A DNA stretch of 64,000 nt from Mobula hypostoma (lineage: Eukaryota), in assembly GCF_963921235.1 (NCBI RefSeq), contig NC_086097.1, forward strand, positions 242,670,001 to 242,734,000, in the 5' to 3' direction. Below, piece by piece: positions 25,626-39,289 of this stretch (position 1 is its first letter; each line of letters begins with the position of its first letter). Made by a program: the position numbers and the translations under genes. The notes beneath the pieces were generated by a model that was not told the origin of the DNA, did no database searches, and worked only from the letters and a program-made list of their open reading frames with translations.

Positions 25626-26944
25626 AAATGATGGTGGACTATTAAACTGCTAAAACAGGAGAAAGAAGATTAAAACACATCCCAGTCTCAGTGACTACAG
25701 GGCCTAGCACACAAATGCTAAAAATAACACTGAAGCATTTGCAGTCATTTTTAACCAGAAATGTGGAGTGATCCATCTTGGCTTCATCTTGAAGCTCCCA
25801 ACAGTATAAAAGTAAATGTTTATAGCATATTCAATTCAGTTTATGGGATACAGTATTTCAGTCCTGCTGAAGGAACATTGATTAGTTTTATTAGATCCGC
25901 TTTATTTGTCACATGTACTTTGAAACAAGAAAATATAAAATGAAATATGTTGTTTGCATCGAATCAAATTTTAATGTAAATTTATTATCAATGTATATAT
26001 ATGTTAACATAAACAACCCTGAGATTCATTTTCATGCGGGCATTCTCAACAAATCTATAGAATAATAACCATAACAGAATCAATGAAAGACCGCCCAACT
26101 TGGGCATTCAACCACAGTGCAGAAAACAAAAGTACTGTGTGAATACAAAAAGAACAAAATAATAATAATAATAATAAATAAGTAAGCAATAAATATTGAG
26201 AACATGAGATGAAGAATCCTTGTAAGTGAGTCACAGGTTGTGGGAACGTTTCAGTGATGGGCTGAGTGAAGAAATCAGTGAGGGTTGTGCTGGGGGCAGC
26301 CGCAAGTGTTGCCACATTGCCAGTGCCATCATAGCATGTCCACAACGTACTAACTCTCCCGAACCATATGTTTATGGAATTTGGGAGGAAACACAGTGCA
26401 TATTATTTATGCCATTAGCATAAAACTATTGTACATTTAACTATATTTTGTATATGCGCTTTATGTCAACTTGCACATCTACAGAATTAAAAAAAAATAT
26501 CCATTAATATTATTGTGCTAATATTATTTTATATGTGATATATGTACTGTGTTTTGTACATTGGTCCCAGAGGTTTAGCTGTATACCGTACATGTTTACG
26601 GTTGAATGACAATAAACTGGAACTTGAAATTGGAGCACCTGGTGGAGACCCACTCAGTCACAGGCAGAACGTACAAAATTGTTACAGACAATGGTGGGAA
26701 CTGAAACCTGAATGATGATTGCTGGCTCTGTAAAGTGACCGCACTAACCGCGGCGTCACCGTGCTGCCCCATTGACTGACGTGTTAACTCTGGTTCTCTA
26801 TCCATCAATGCTCTGGTGATTTGTGATAAGTTTGAAGATTTGTTTCTCAACCCTCCTCTGTCTGGGGTAGTAGTATGGATTTAATTTCCTTGGGACCAAT
26901 TACACCTAGTCATTTCATGCAGATATCCAGCTTGCGTTAAAGCT

Positions 26945-27360
26945 ACACACATAAAAGTTGCTGGTGAACGCAGCAGGCCAGGCAGCATCTCTAGGAAGAG
27001 GTACAGTCGACGTTTCGGACCAAGACCCTTTGTCAGGACTAACTGAGAAAAGAGCTAGTAAGAGATTTGAAAGTGGGAGGGGGAGATCCAAAATGATAGG
27101 AGAAGACAGGAGGGGGAGGGATGGAGCCAAGAGCTGGACAGGTGATTGGCAAAAGGGATATGAGAGGATCATGGGACAGGAGGTCCGGGGAGAAAGACAA
27201 GGGGGAGGGGGGGAAAAACCCAGAGGATGGGCAAGGGGTATAGTGAGAGGGACAGAGGGAGAAAAAGGAGAGAGAGAAAAAAAGAATGTGTGTATATAAA
27301 TAAATAACGGATGGGGTATGAGGGGGAGGTGGGGCATTAACGGAAGTTAGAGAAGTCAAT
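26945..27360 (-). mobile_element. Penelope 3' end, near-identical to 16680-17090; hammerhead core mutated (CTGACAA)
   Basis: Reverse-complement match to the 16.7-17.1 kb tail. Confidence 0.85.
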
Positions 27361-28917
27361 GATTTAACTTATTTAAGCTAGAGTACCTAAGGCTGTCCTA
27401 TGTTGAGTTCAATGTAGGCGGGTAAATCCTGAGATGCTGCTGGTGCCAAAATGGATCAATCTCTGCCTTTCTCTCAGATTCATCAGCTGCAGGGAGAGGT
27501 GAAGCCTGCTACATAGGAAAGCTTGCTCTCCTTGTCGTACTTCCCTGGCTCACGTATCACGTAGACAGTTAGGACACGATACCCGTGAAGAACAGAGGCC
27601 CTTCACTGTGAGAAAATCAAAGGGCTACTCTGATTGCTGCATCATTGGTTTGAAAATGATAATTCGATTTCATTTCAACACATGCACTGAATTTTCTGAA
27701 AGCTTTGAAAATGACCGATCCTTTCCCTCCAATCCAGACAGTTAAAAAGATTAGGTTTATTAAAAATGTCACATGTACATCAGAACGTCGAAACATACAG
27801 TGAAATGTGTTGTTTTACATCAACGAGCAACACAGTCTGAGAAAGTACCAGGGGCAGCCCACAAGTGTCCCCCTGCTTCCGGCACCATTATAACAAGCCC
27901 ACACGTTACGCACCGTAGCCCTGGAGTGTGAGAGAAAACTGGAGCACCCAGTGGAAACCCATACACTCCTGGGGAGAACATACAAACTCCTTATAGAGAG
28001 CGGTGGGAATTCAACCTCGGTTCGTGACACTGTAAAATATTACAGCTACCGCTACTGTGATGCCCACGGTCACGCAGCTGACCTCTATTTCAAAGTTCAT
28101 GCGTTTTAAAAATCCGTTGAACATCAATTTATATTTGTATTTAGATTTTCTTTATGCCCCCACAACACTGTCAGCTTTACGGTTCATTTTGCATTCGAAC
28201 GGTACATTCATCCCAACCTCCCTTCACAATTCCCATCAGAATATGCAGTCACCAGAAGTTACTGTTATTTTTCTCACAGGTTTTTAGAGTCGATTTCAAC
28301 AAGAATGAAATGTATGTGGAGTGGAATTTTGCTCACTAGACTGCTGCTACCATATTACCCTGTTTCTTAATTACGCTTTCAAATCGATGGTTTACATCAT
28401 AGTTTATTTTTAGACTACAGGCATGCATTTCCAAGACATGTAATGTGTGTTTACTGTGCAAAATATAGCACACTTGTGACTGATGCGCTATCATTAGTAC
28501 AAATAGTATATTTCCATCTATAACACTACAGACCCCTATTTTAGCACAAGACGTAGAGACATAGACCACTAGCACAGAAACTGCCCCTTCAGCTCCTCTA
28601 GACTGTGCCAAAATATCAATCTGCCTTTTCCCATCCATCTGTACCCGGACCATAGCCCCCCCATAACTCTGCCGTCCATGTACCTACCCAAATTTCTGCT
28701 AAATATTGACACTGAAGAGATTCTACAGATGCTGAAAATTCAGGGCAATGGACACAAGATGCTGGAGGAGCTCAGCAGGTCAAACCGCATCTATGGAGAG
28801 GAATAAACAGCCGACATTTTGGACCGAGACCCTTCATTGGGACACTATCTTACTCTTGGAATCACCGTCCCATGGGTGATCAAGACAAACTCCCAATGAC
28901 CTTAGCAATGAAATATA

Positions 28918-29436
28918 CACTCAGTGGCCACTAATTAGGTAAGGAGAGGAAGCCAATGTGGTCTTCTGCTGCTGTACTCCCTCCACCTCACGTTTCAATG
29001 CGTTGTGCATTCAGGGACGGTCTTCTGCACACACTGTTGTTCCGCTTAGTTATTGGAGTTATTGTCGCCTTCCTGTCAACTTGAGCCAATCTGGCCATTC
29101 TCCCCTGACCTCTCTCATTAACAAGGCATTTTTGCCCGGAGGACCGCTGCTCACTAGATGTTTTTTTGTGTGTCACACCATCATCTGTAAACTCTAGAGA
29201 CTGTTGTGAGTGAAGATCCCAGGAGATCTGAGAAACTCTGACCACCCCATCTGCGGCCAAAGTCACTTAGGTCACATTTTTTTCCCCATGCTGATGTTTG
29301 GTCTGAGAAACAACTGAACTGCTTGACCATGTCTACGTGCTTTTATGCATTGAATTGCTGTCACGTCATTGGCTGATTAGATATTTGCATTAGTAAGCAG
29401 GTGTACAGGTGTACCTAATAACATGGCCACTGAGTG
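28918..29436 (-). mobile_element. Internally deleted Tc1-like transposon
   Basis: TIRs CACTCAGTGGCCA/TGGCCACTGAGTG with TA duplication; transposase remnant KTSSEQ..GQKCLVNERGQGRMARL..DRKAT. Confidence 0.88.
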
Positions 29437-29655
29437 TATATTACTGTTGGAACCACTGTCCCGTGAGACAAATTCCTAAAGAACATAGCAACCACGAAAT
29501 ATATTGTTCTACATTAAATTTTTATTGCCATGCTCATTGCCAGCTGCCACTGAAACACACATTGTAAGGGTTATTAATATCTATACATAAGTGTACACCT
29601 TGTCTGAAAGCTTGATCGTCATCTTTTAAAAGGAAAGCTTACTCCGGCTGGTTAT

Positions 29656-29888
29656 GGTTGTGTATTTAATGTATCAGTTATATTTGAGTAATCTTGTATG
29701 ATAACGTTCTTGATCTTTCAATAACTTATTATGGGTTATATACAAATACATCAATTATATATAGCATCACGCTACCATGTGATACGTACACAGCTGGCTT
29801 AAAGGTAAACTTGATGTCAGACTCATATCCTGGACTCCTGTATCTTCCTTTGAATTAATTTAATGTTTTGAAGTTACAAAACATAACA
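29656..29888. mobile_element. Short (~230 bp) solo-LTR-like element with 5-bp TSD
   Basis: (T/G)GTTGTG...ATAACA termini; flanks GTTAT/GGTAT; partial inverted second copy at ~61399-61498. Confidence 0.5.
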
Positions 29889-32800
29889 GGTATCTCACAA
29901 AAAATAACCTGTCACTCTTTGTGCTATGCGAGTGTAGGCGGAGACAGGATCAGGTTCACATGTGAGACCCTACCTGGAAAAGTAATCATCAAACTTCATG
30001 GCCAAGCTTACATGTGAAGAATAAGTGCTTGAACTACTTATTGGATGTGAATGAAATAGTAATAGAATTAGGGTAAGACGAGGGAACACAAACCAATCCT
30101 CGGGGATCAGAAATGGAGAGAGGGAAACATTTCAAGTTCCTGAATGTCAATATATCTGAGGATCTAACCTGGTCTCAACATAGCGATGCATCTAGAGAGA
30201 AGGCAAGACAGTGGCTGTATTTCATTAGGAGTTTGAGGAGATGTGGTTTGTCACCTAAAACACTTAAAAACTTCTACAGATGTACCGTGGAGAGTATTCT
30301 GACTGGCTCTATAAATATCTGGTATGGGGGGTGGGGGGGGCGGCTCTGCACAGGATTGAAGTAAGCTGAAGAAAATTGTAAACTTGGTCAGCTCCATCAT
30401 GGGTACTAGCCTCTGTAGTATCCAGGACATCTTCAGGGAGCGATGCCCACGACAACATAGATTGCCCATCGTGCTTGACAGAACAACACAGAACACAACA
30501 AACAACAGAATGACAACAGTGAAACAAGCCCCATTCCTCACCCCTACCCACCCACACACAGAGTCCCCTAACCCCAGGACAAGCTGTCTTTGGCCTCCAG
30601 CCTCCAGTGGACTGATGGATTCGCAGACCTTATTGTAGACCTGGCTGCGTCATTGTCTGGTTTGGGGTGGGGGTGGTGGGGGTTACTGCATAGGATGAAA
30701 TAAGCTGCAGAGAGTTGTAAACTCAGTCAGCTCCACCATGAGCACTAGCCACAGGACATCTTCAAGGAGCGATGCCTCAAAAAGGCGGCATCCATTAGTA
30801 AGGACCGCTAACACCCAGGTCATGTTCTCATTGCTACCATCAGGAGAGAGGTACAGAAGCCTGAAGGAGCACACTTAATGATTCAGGAACAGCTTCTTCC
30901 TCTCTGCCATCAGATTTCTGAAAGGACATTGAACCCACGAACACTACCTCACTACTTTCTTATTTCGGTTTTTGCCCTGGTTATTTAATTTAACTATTTT
31001 GGATTCAAAGAACATTTATTATCCCAATAACCCGACTAACCCAATTAAAATAAAAGAACGACCAAAACCACTGCACAGGGAAAGAGAGAAAAAACACAAA
31101 TCATGCAAATAACGGATTGAAGATGCATTTTATTATCAAAGAGTGTATAAATTATGCAAACTTGAGATGTGCTTGCTCACAGGTAGCCACAAAGCAAGAA
31201 ACCTGAAGGAAGCCAATTTAAAAAAAGAATAAAAATAAAAATAAAAGGCCAACACTCTATGCACAAGAGAAAGAAAAAAAATCATGCAAACAACCAATTG
31301 AAGCGAACAACGGCATTCCCAGCCAAAATTGAGTCATCAGATCTGAATCCTGGAGCAGCCCAGAGTAGGCCCAAAGCCCCACTCCTAGATTGTCACCCCA
31401 GCAGGGCAAAAACGCCCAGCAACCGAGTCATTTCACAGCCTTGGAACCCACAGAAGAAGAATGAACATTTGTGGGAGAGCAAGTGGAATCAGCCCGACTC
31501 TCACTTCCATTCCTGACACTTGGGCTTCCAGTCTATCTGAGCCGGTGTTTAAACTCTCCAAGCACCAGGTAGTTCCACGATACACGTGGGCCGCTTGGCC
31601 CAAAGCCATTCTCAATCTCACCAAATTGGCTTGGCACTCGGAGTGATCCAACCTCGTACCCGCGTTAGGTGGACAGGCATCGAAATTCCTCCACTTCAAC
31701 TCCTCTCCAAATCCATCACTCCATCTCTGGGAGCGATACCACCAACTCCATCTACAACAATGACTCAAACACATAGAGCCTTGCAATGTCTCATCCCCTG
31801 AATCAGCCTCACCTCCACCTGCCTCCTCATTGTCTGCTGCAATAGTTCACCACAATTTGCTTCAGAAAAGATGTTTTAAGTAATGCTTTTTGTTGAATCT
31901 CTTGCCTTATGAACTACCAGTAAGCTGTCACATCTTCACAGTGCCATCTTAAACTTATACTTAATGTCATTCACAGTTCTTTTTCTCTACTATTGTGTAT
32001 TGTATTATACTGCTTGTGCAAAATCAACAAATTTCACCACGTATGCCAGGGATATTAAACCTGATTCTATTTCTGAACTTTAACTTAATCACTGTATATG
32101 ATTACAGAATAGGAATTGAGGCTAAAATTTGTCCATTTCTGCGGGGAGGGTCCTGCATTCTATGACTCTGTGACTTCAGGAGTTTCAGATAAAGTAGATC
32201 AGAATAAAAATGATAATAGTTGTCAAGTTTCTTTTTCTTTCTTTTTATGGAAAACACACCAAAGGTAACAGTTCAGATTAGTACAAATCAGACCACAATC
32301 CTGATTTCCACACAAATATGTTAATGCTTCATGCTTAATCAAAACAATACAAAATATTTACACAAGAGATTTTACAAATGCTGGAAACCCAGAGTAATAC
32401 ACACAGAATACTAGAGGAACTCATTAGGCCAGGCAGCATCTGTGGAAAGGTATGAACAACTCACGTTTTGGGCCAAGACACTTCATTCCTCTTCATTGTT
32501 GCTGCCTGACTTGCTGAGCTCCTCCAGTATTTTGTGTCTGTTTCCAAACAAGGTACTTATTAACATTCATTGCACTCTGCTAGATTTAGCATGAACTGGA
32601 TGGGCCAAAGGACATGCTTCCGTGCTGTAGTTCTCTATGATTCTGTGTGAGACTTCTATCAGTCAAGGTCGACAATGCATGTTGCATCTTAGCAAAGTTT
32701 GCAAGCCTGAGCAGTACAATATGGAGAGCAAGCTGTTGTCCATGTAGCAAGCCAAACTGTCTCCATTCATCTGATCAATCCCAAGCCGAACCCTCTCCAT

Positions 32801-33093
32801 TCATCTGATGAATGGCAGAGACTGATACAGTTTGGCATCAGCCGTGTCACAGGAGATACCTGTCAGCATTGAACTCAGAGTAGGATGCTTCAGAGGCTCC
32901 ATCTCTGGACTTTTCCTTACGGTTTACTTCCAAAGCCTTCCCCATGAGGGGAATAGCCGTGAGATAGTGGAGGTTTGAGATCAGAGTTTTCTTTCTCCTA
33001 GATGAACTGCTGACAGTGGCTGACAAGCCTCATCTGCTTGACGTGTCAGTAGAAACAGTTCTGCTGGGTTTAGTAGCTAAGCCACACATAAAG

Positions 33094-35080
33094 TCCCTGA
33101 GGACTGGGAGAAATTCAGAGTTCAGCAGAGGAGGACAAAGGGCTTAATTAGGAAGGGGAAAAAAGATTATGAGAGAAAACTGGCAGGGAACATAAAAACG
33201 GACTGTAAAAGCTTTTATAGATATGTAAAAAGGAAAAGACTGGTAAAGACAAATGTAGGTCCCTTGCAGACAGAAACAGGTGAATTGATTATGGGGAGCA
33301 AGGACATGGCAGACCAATTGAATAATTATTTTGGTTCTGTCTTCACTAAGGAGGACATAAATAATCTTCCAGAAATAGTAAGGGACAGAGGGTCCAGTGA
33401 GATGGAGGAACTGAGTGAAATACATGTTAGTAGGGAAGTGGTGTTAGGTAAATTGAAGGGATTGAAGGCAGATAAATCCCCCGGGCCAGATGGTCTGCAT
33501 CCTAGAGTGCTTAAGGAAGTAGCCCAAGAAATAGTGGATGCATTAGTGATGATTTTTCAAAACTCTTTAGATTCTGGACTAGGTCCTGAGGATTGGAGGG
33601 TGGCTAATGTAACCCCACTTTTTAAAAAAGGAGGGAGAGAGAAACCGGGGAATTATAGACCGGTTAGCCTAACGTCGGTGGTGGGGAAACTGCTGGAGTC
33701 AGTTATCAAGGATGTGATAACAGCACATTTGGAAAGCGGTGAAATGATCGGACAAAGTCAGCATGGATTTGTGAAAGGAAAATCATGTCTGACGAATCTC
33801 ATAGAATTTTTTGAGGATGTAACTAGTAGAGTGGATAGGGGAGAACCAGTGGATGTGGTATATTTGGATTTTCAAAAGGCTTTTGACAAGGTCCCACACA
33901 GGAGATTAGTGTGCAAACTTAAAGCACACGGTATTGGGGGTAAGGTATTGGTGTGGGTGGAGAATTGGTTAGCAGACAGGAAGCAAAGAGTGGGAATAAA
34001 CGGGACCTTTTCAGAATGGCAGGCGGTGACTAGTGGGGTACCGCAAGGCTCAGTGCTGGGACCCCAGTTGTTTACAATATATATTAATGACTTGGATGAG
34101 GGAATTAAATGCAGCATCTCCAAGTTTGCGGATGACACGAAGCTGGGTGGCAGTGTTAGCAGTGAGGAGGATGCTAAGAGGATGCAGAGTGACTTGGATA
34201 GGTTGGGTGAGTGGGCAAACTCATGGCAGTTGCAATTTAATGTGGATAAATGTGAAATTATCCACTTTGGTGGCCAAAATAGGAAAACAGATTATTATCT
34301 GAATGGTGGCCGATTAGGAAAAGGGGAGGTGCAACGAGACCTGGGTGTCATTATACACCAGTCATTGAAAGTGGGCATGCAGGTACAGCAGGCGGTGAAA
34401 AAGGCGAATGGTATGCTGGCAGTTATAGCGAGAGGATTTGAGTACAGGAGCAGGGAGGTACTACTGCAGTTGTACAAGGCCTTGGTGAGACCACACCTGG
34501 AGTATTGTGTGCAGTTTTGGTCCTCTAATCTGAGGAAAGACATCTTTGCCATAGAGGGAGTACAAAGAAGGTTCACCAGATTGATTCCTGGGATGGCAGG
34601 ACTTTCATATGAAGAAAGACTGGATGAACTGGGCTTGTACTCGTTGGAATTTAGAAGATTGAGGGGGGATCTGATTGAAACGTATAAGATCCTAAAGGGA
34701 TTGGACAGGCTAGATGCCGGAAGATTGTTCTCGATGTTGGGGAAGTCCAGAACGAGGGGTCACAGTTTGAGGATAGAGGGGAAGCCATTTAGGACCGAGA
34801 TTAGGAAAAACTTCTTCACACAGAGAGTGGTGAATATGTGGAACTCTCTGCCACAGGAAACTGTTGAGGCCAGTTCATTGGCTATATTTAAGAGGGAGTT
34901 AGATATGGCCCTTGTGGCTACAGGGGTCAGGGGGTATGGAGGGAAGGCTGGGGCGGGGTTCTGAGTTGGATGATCAGCCATGATCATAATAAGTGGCGGT
35001 GCAGGCTCGAAGGGCCGAATGGCCTACTCCTGCACCTATTTTCTGCACCTAGTTTCTATGTTTCTATGTTTCTATGTTTC
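33094..35080 (+). mobile_element. Young 5'-truncated CR1 LINE with intact ORF2 RT region and (GTTTCTAT)n tail
   Basis: Stop-free frame 33096-34964 with KSPGPDG, NYRPVSLTS, YLDFQKAFD, GVPQGSVLGP, FADD and RPHLEYC; 3'UTR plus octamer tail at 35052-35080; candidate TSD TAAAG. Confidence 0.95.
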
Positions 35081-35779
35081 TAAAGGCTAGGAGCTGGATT
35101 TGGTTGTCAGAGGCTGTTTGAGGTGCACATCATTGGGAGCTTTTCATCGGTAGTGGGAGCTTGTCCCCATTACCACGCCTGGCTATGACATGATTCTATG
35201 ACTAATATATTGCTCTCAATATACTGTGAAATAGGTTATCTTAAGAAAGGCAATATATGTGTAGACAGGAGAGACAATCTGATATTTTTCTTGTATATCA
35301 AAATTCAATTATGTGCTAGTTTTCCAGCAATTTATAGTTAAATTAGTGTTGTATTTTAAATGATAAGGCTACTGTAATTATCTGGGACATGAAGAGGTGA
35401 TGGATGCATTTGGAAGAAAGAACAGGCTCTGTTTAAAAATGCTTGGAATGTGAACTGGTAACTTTGCAGGGAGCTCTGGCTACTCTTTCAGGAATGCTTC
35501 TGGTCTCACAAAGTGTTCTTAATTGGGTCAGTAAGGAAATTGGCAGAGTAGAATTATATATGCATTACTTTGCTCTACAGATTTCCTGGTAGCTACTCTG
35601 GTGGAAGTAGTACATGGGAAAATCAATAAGCAAATGAATAACCGTGATTTACTGCTGACATCAGACATTACACTCAGGGAAGATTTTATTTGCATTGTTT
35701 TATTGATGTAGGGTATTTTAAAGTGTTGGCGTATGAAAATACTGTCTTTGGCAGCCAGAAGAGGTTTAGTACTATCAAA

Positions 35780-36431
35780 TTAGATTAGATTAGATTATGA
35801 GGACATGTAGTCCTCTTTTATTGTCATTTAATAATGCATGCATTAAGAAAGGATACAATGTTTCTCCAGAATGATATCATGAAAACACAAGACAAACCGA
35901 CTGAAAAACTGACAAAAACCACATAATTATAACATATAGTTACAACAGTGCAAAGCAATGCTGTAATTTGATAAAGAACAGACCATGGGCACGGTAAAAA
36001 GTCTCAAAGTCTCTCGGAAGTCCCATCATCTCACGCAGACGGTGAACCTCCAGCGCCGCCAACTTGCTGGTGCAGCATCCTGGAAGCATCCGACCACAGT
36101 CCGACTCCGAGTCCGTCCGAAAACTCTGAGCCTCCGACCAGCTCTCCGACACTGAGCACCGAGCATCGTCTCTGCCAAGCGCTTCGACCCCGGCCCTGGC
36201 AATAGGCAATAGGCGAAGCCGAGGATTTGGGGCCTTCCCCTCCGGAGATTCTCCATCACACAGTAGCAGCGGCAGTGAAGCGGGCATTTCAGAAGCTTCT
36301 CCAGGTGTTCCTCCGTGCTTCTCACGGCTGTCTCCATCAAATCAGGATTGTGCACAGCCGCCTGGTTAACACATACGATATCATTCAGAACAGCCGTGTG
36401 CGCTGCGTCGCGCCGCCATCTTCTCCTCCTT
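35780..36431 (-). mobile_element. CpG-rich young non-autonomous retroposon starting AGGAGGAGAAGATGGCGG and ending (TCTAA)n
   Basis: Unusually CpG-rich body; AATAAA plus (TCTAA)n tail at ~35780-35820 on minus. Confidence 0.6.
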
Positions 36432-36872
36432 GCAATTAATATCTGTAAAATAATTTCAATATTTTCCAACTGGTTTCCTTCTACATTTAAGAGAAGATCG
36501 GCCACGAGAAAGCAGCATCCTTCGTCAGGGAACCCGCCATCCAGGCCGTGCTCTTGTCTCGCTGTTGCCATTAGGAAGGAGGTACAAAAGCCTCAGGACC
36601 CACACCACCAGGTTCAGAGACAGTTAGTACGCTTCAAACATCAGGCGCCTGAACCAAAGTGAACAAGTTCACTCACCACAATACTGAGCTGATCACTGAG
36701 CACAATCTATTGACTCACTTTCAAGGATTCCACCACTCATGTTCTCAGAATTTATTTATTTATTTTTCTATTTATTCAGTTGTTTGTTTGTTTGTTGGTA
36801 TTTGCACAGTTTGCATTCTTGTTTTACATTGTTCGCCTGTCAGTCTTTGTTTGCGTGTAGTTTCTCATTGAT

Positions 36873-37760
36873 TAGACCATAAGACATATGAGCAGAATTA
36901 GGCCATTCGGCCCATCAAGTCTGCTCCCGCCATTTCATTATGGCTGATTCAATTTCCCTCTCAGCCCTAATCTCCTGTCTTCTCCCTGTATCCCTTCATG
37001 CCCTGACCAATCAAGAATCTAACCACCTCTGTCTTAAATTATACATAAATACTTGGCCGCCACTGCTGCCTGTGGCGAAGAATTCCACAGATTTACCACT
37101 TTGGCTAAAGAAATTCCTCCCCAACTCCGTTCTAAAAGAACACCCCTCTATTCTGAGGCTGTGTCCTCTGGTCTTAAACTGTCTCATTATAGGAAACATC
37201 CTCTCCACATTCACTCTATCAAGGCCTTTCACCATTCAATAGGTTTCAATGAGGTCATCGCTTATTCTACATCAGAAATAGCTACATTAGTCCCTGTGTA
37301 TGTAAAGGCATGTCACTCACAATCATTGACGCACAAAATAGTTAAAGGAAAAGCTTTTGACTTACCTGCAGTTAATTATTGTACTTCTTTAAATAATTAA
37401 AGAATCTCTGACTGGAGTCCTGTGACTAATGGTGTGTCCCAGGGATCGACCCTGGGTGCATTGTTATTTGTCATCTCTATCAACGATCTGGGTAATAATA
37501 TGGTAAACTGGATCAGCAAATTTGTGGATGACACCAAGATTGGGTGTGTAGTGGATGGCAAGGAAGACTATTAAAGCTTGGGGTGGGATCTGGACCAGCT
37601 GGAATATTGGGCTGAAAATTGGCAGATAGGATTTAATGCAGACAAGTGTGAGGTGTTGCACTTTGGCTGGACCGACTGGGGTAGGTTTTACAAGGTGTGT
37701 GCTAGGGCACTGAGCAGTAGAACATACGGGAATAGAGATTCATAATTCCTTGAAAGTGGT
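36873..37760. mobile_element. Two CR1 fragments (minus 36873-37255; plus ~37410-37760)
   Basis: TRGHSLRI...RNFFSQ on minus; degenerate FVDDTKIG RT block on plus. Confidence 0.75.
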
Positions 37761-37766
37761 GCCCTC

Positions 37767-38226
37767 TGTGGTAGAAGTGGCTAAATCTAGTGTATGACAG
37801 GATGCCTGATCACTCAGGAGCAGCTGGACGTGAGACTGCCGATGCAAGTCGTGAATAACCTTGACTGATAAGCACAGTGCCAGAAATTCAAATAAACAGG
37901 ATATTAAGTCCCTGGAACCAGGAGGGAGGACGTGTCTGGTGGTAAATCATGAGTCCTGATAACAGGGAACGAAGAGGACCATTACCCTCGAACTCAGAGA
38001 TAATTAACGTCTTTTAAACGATTGATCATGTACTGACTGTGGGATGCTAAACAAAGTCATATGAAGTTGTTTGCTTTGCTGTTTAAATATGAGCTCTGTA
38101 TAACCTAAAAATCATAGTTCTGGTGGTGGTGGAGACTGCTGCAGACTCTCCATGACATCATGTTAATAAACTCTTAAAACTATTCTCAAAGTTGCTCTGT
38201 TGTTCTTCGTTAGTATTTCTACAACA
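37767..38226 (+). mobile_element. Probable solo LTR (different family)
   Basis: TGTGGTAGAA...TTCTACAACA inverted termini; AATAAA near 38165; no matching TSD. Confidence 0.55.
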
Positions 38227-39289
38227 GAATCATTCTCATTATGACGTAGGTGATCGTGGTTTCACGACTATAATTGCTCTTCGCAAATATTTGCTATAGA
38301 AGTGGTTTGCCATTTCCTTCTTCTGGGCAGTGTCTTTACAAAATGGGTGACCCCAGCCACTGTCAGTACTCTTCAGAGATTGTCTGCCTGATACAAGTTG
38401 TCGCCTTAACCAAGTCTTGTGATATGCAACAGCTGCTCGTGCGACCGTCCATCACCTACTCCCATGGCTTCACGTGACCCTGATTGGTGGGGTGGGTGGT
38501 GGCGCTAAGCAGATGCTACACCTTGCCCAAGGGTGTCCTGCAGGCTAATGGAGGGAAGGAACACCTGACACTTCCTTTGGTAGAGACTTATCTCCGTCCT
38601 GTCACCCGATGCCAACATATTGCTCACATAAGGACGTAAGAAATAGGAGCAGGAGTCGGCCATCTGGCCCGTTGAACCTGCTCCGTCATTCAATAGGATC
38701 ATGGCTGATCTGGCCATAGACTCATCTCCACCTACCTGCCTTTCCCCCATAACCCTTAATTCCCCTACTATGCAAAAATCTATCCAACTTCGTCTCAAAT
38801 ATATTTATTGAGGTAGCCTCTACTTTTCACAAAAGGAGGTGTTCCATTCCCCTTTGCTCAATAACCTTTTGTAGGGCATCTTATTAATAGCCTTCAGGAA
38901 GTCCAAATGAATGTCAACTTGTTTGCCTATAACTACCTTTCAGGTCAGAACCTCAAAAATCTACGCATGACCTCATAATGAAGACAAATCTATGCTGAAT
39001 TGTCCAAAGCTTATTATCATGTGTGTATTTACCACTTTCTTAATAATAGATAGCAGGTTTCCTACTAATGTCAGATTAACTGCTATGCACTTCACTAATT
39101 GCACCCTCCTTCCTTTCTTAAATACTGGGAGATTTATCTGTTTTCAATCTCATTATATTCTCCAGTTTGGTTTAGTCTTGACAATTTCTTTAAGCTCCTT
39201 CTAAATCTAAGGTTCTGTACTCTTTCTGGGACATTGTGCCTTCTTCCATTCAGAAGATGGAGCACTAAAGCACAGTGTGGCCCCTATTA

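Noticed and set aside
35940..36571. 181-aa and 115-aa ORFs in a CpG-rich patch (possible second CpG-island gene)
   Set aside because: Spans a junction between two retroposons; the CpG richness is explained by a young repeat with a (TCTAA)n tail.
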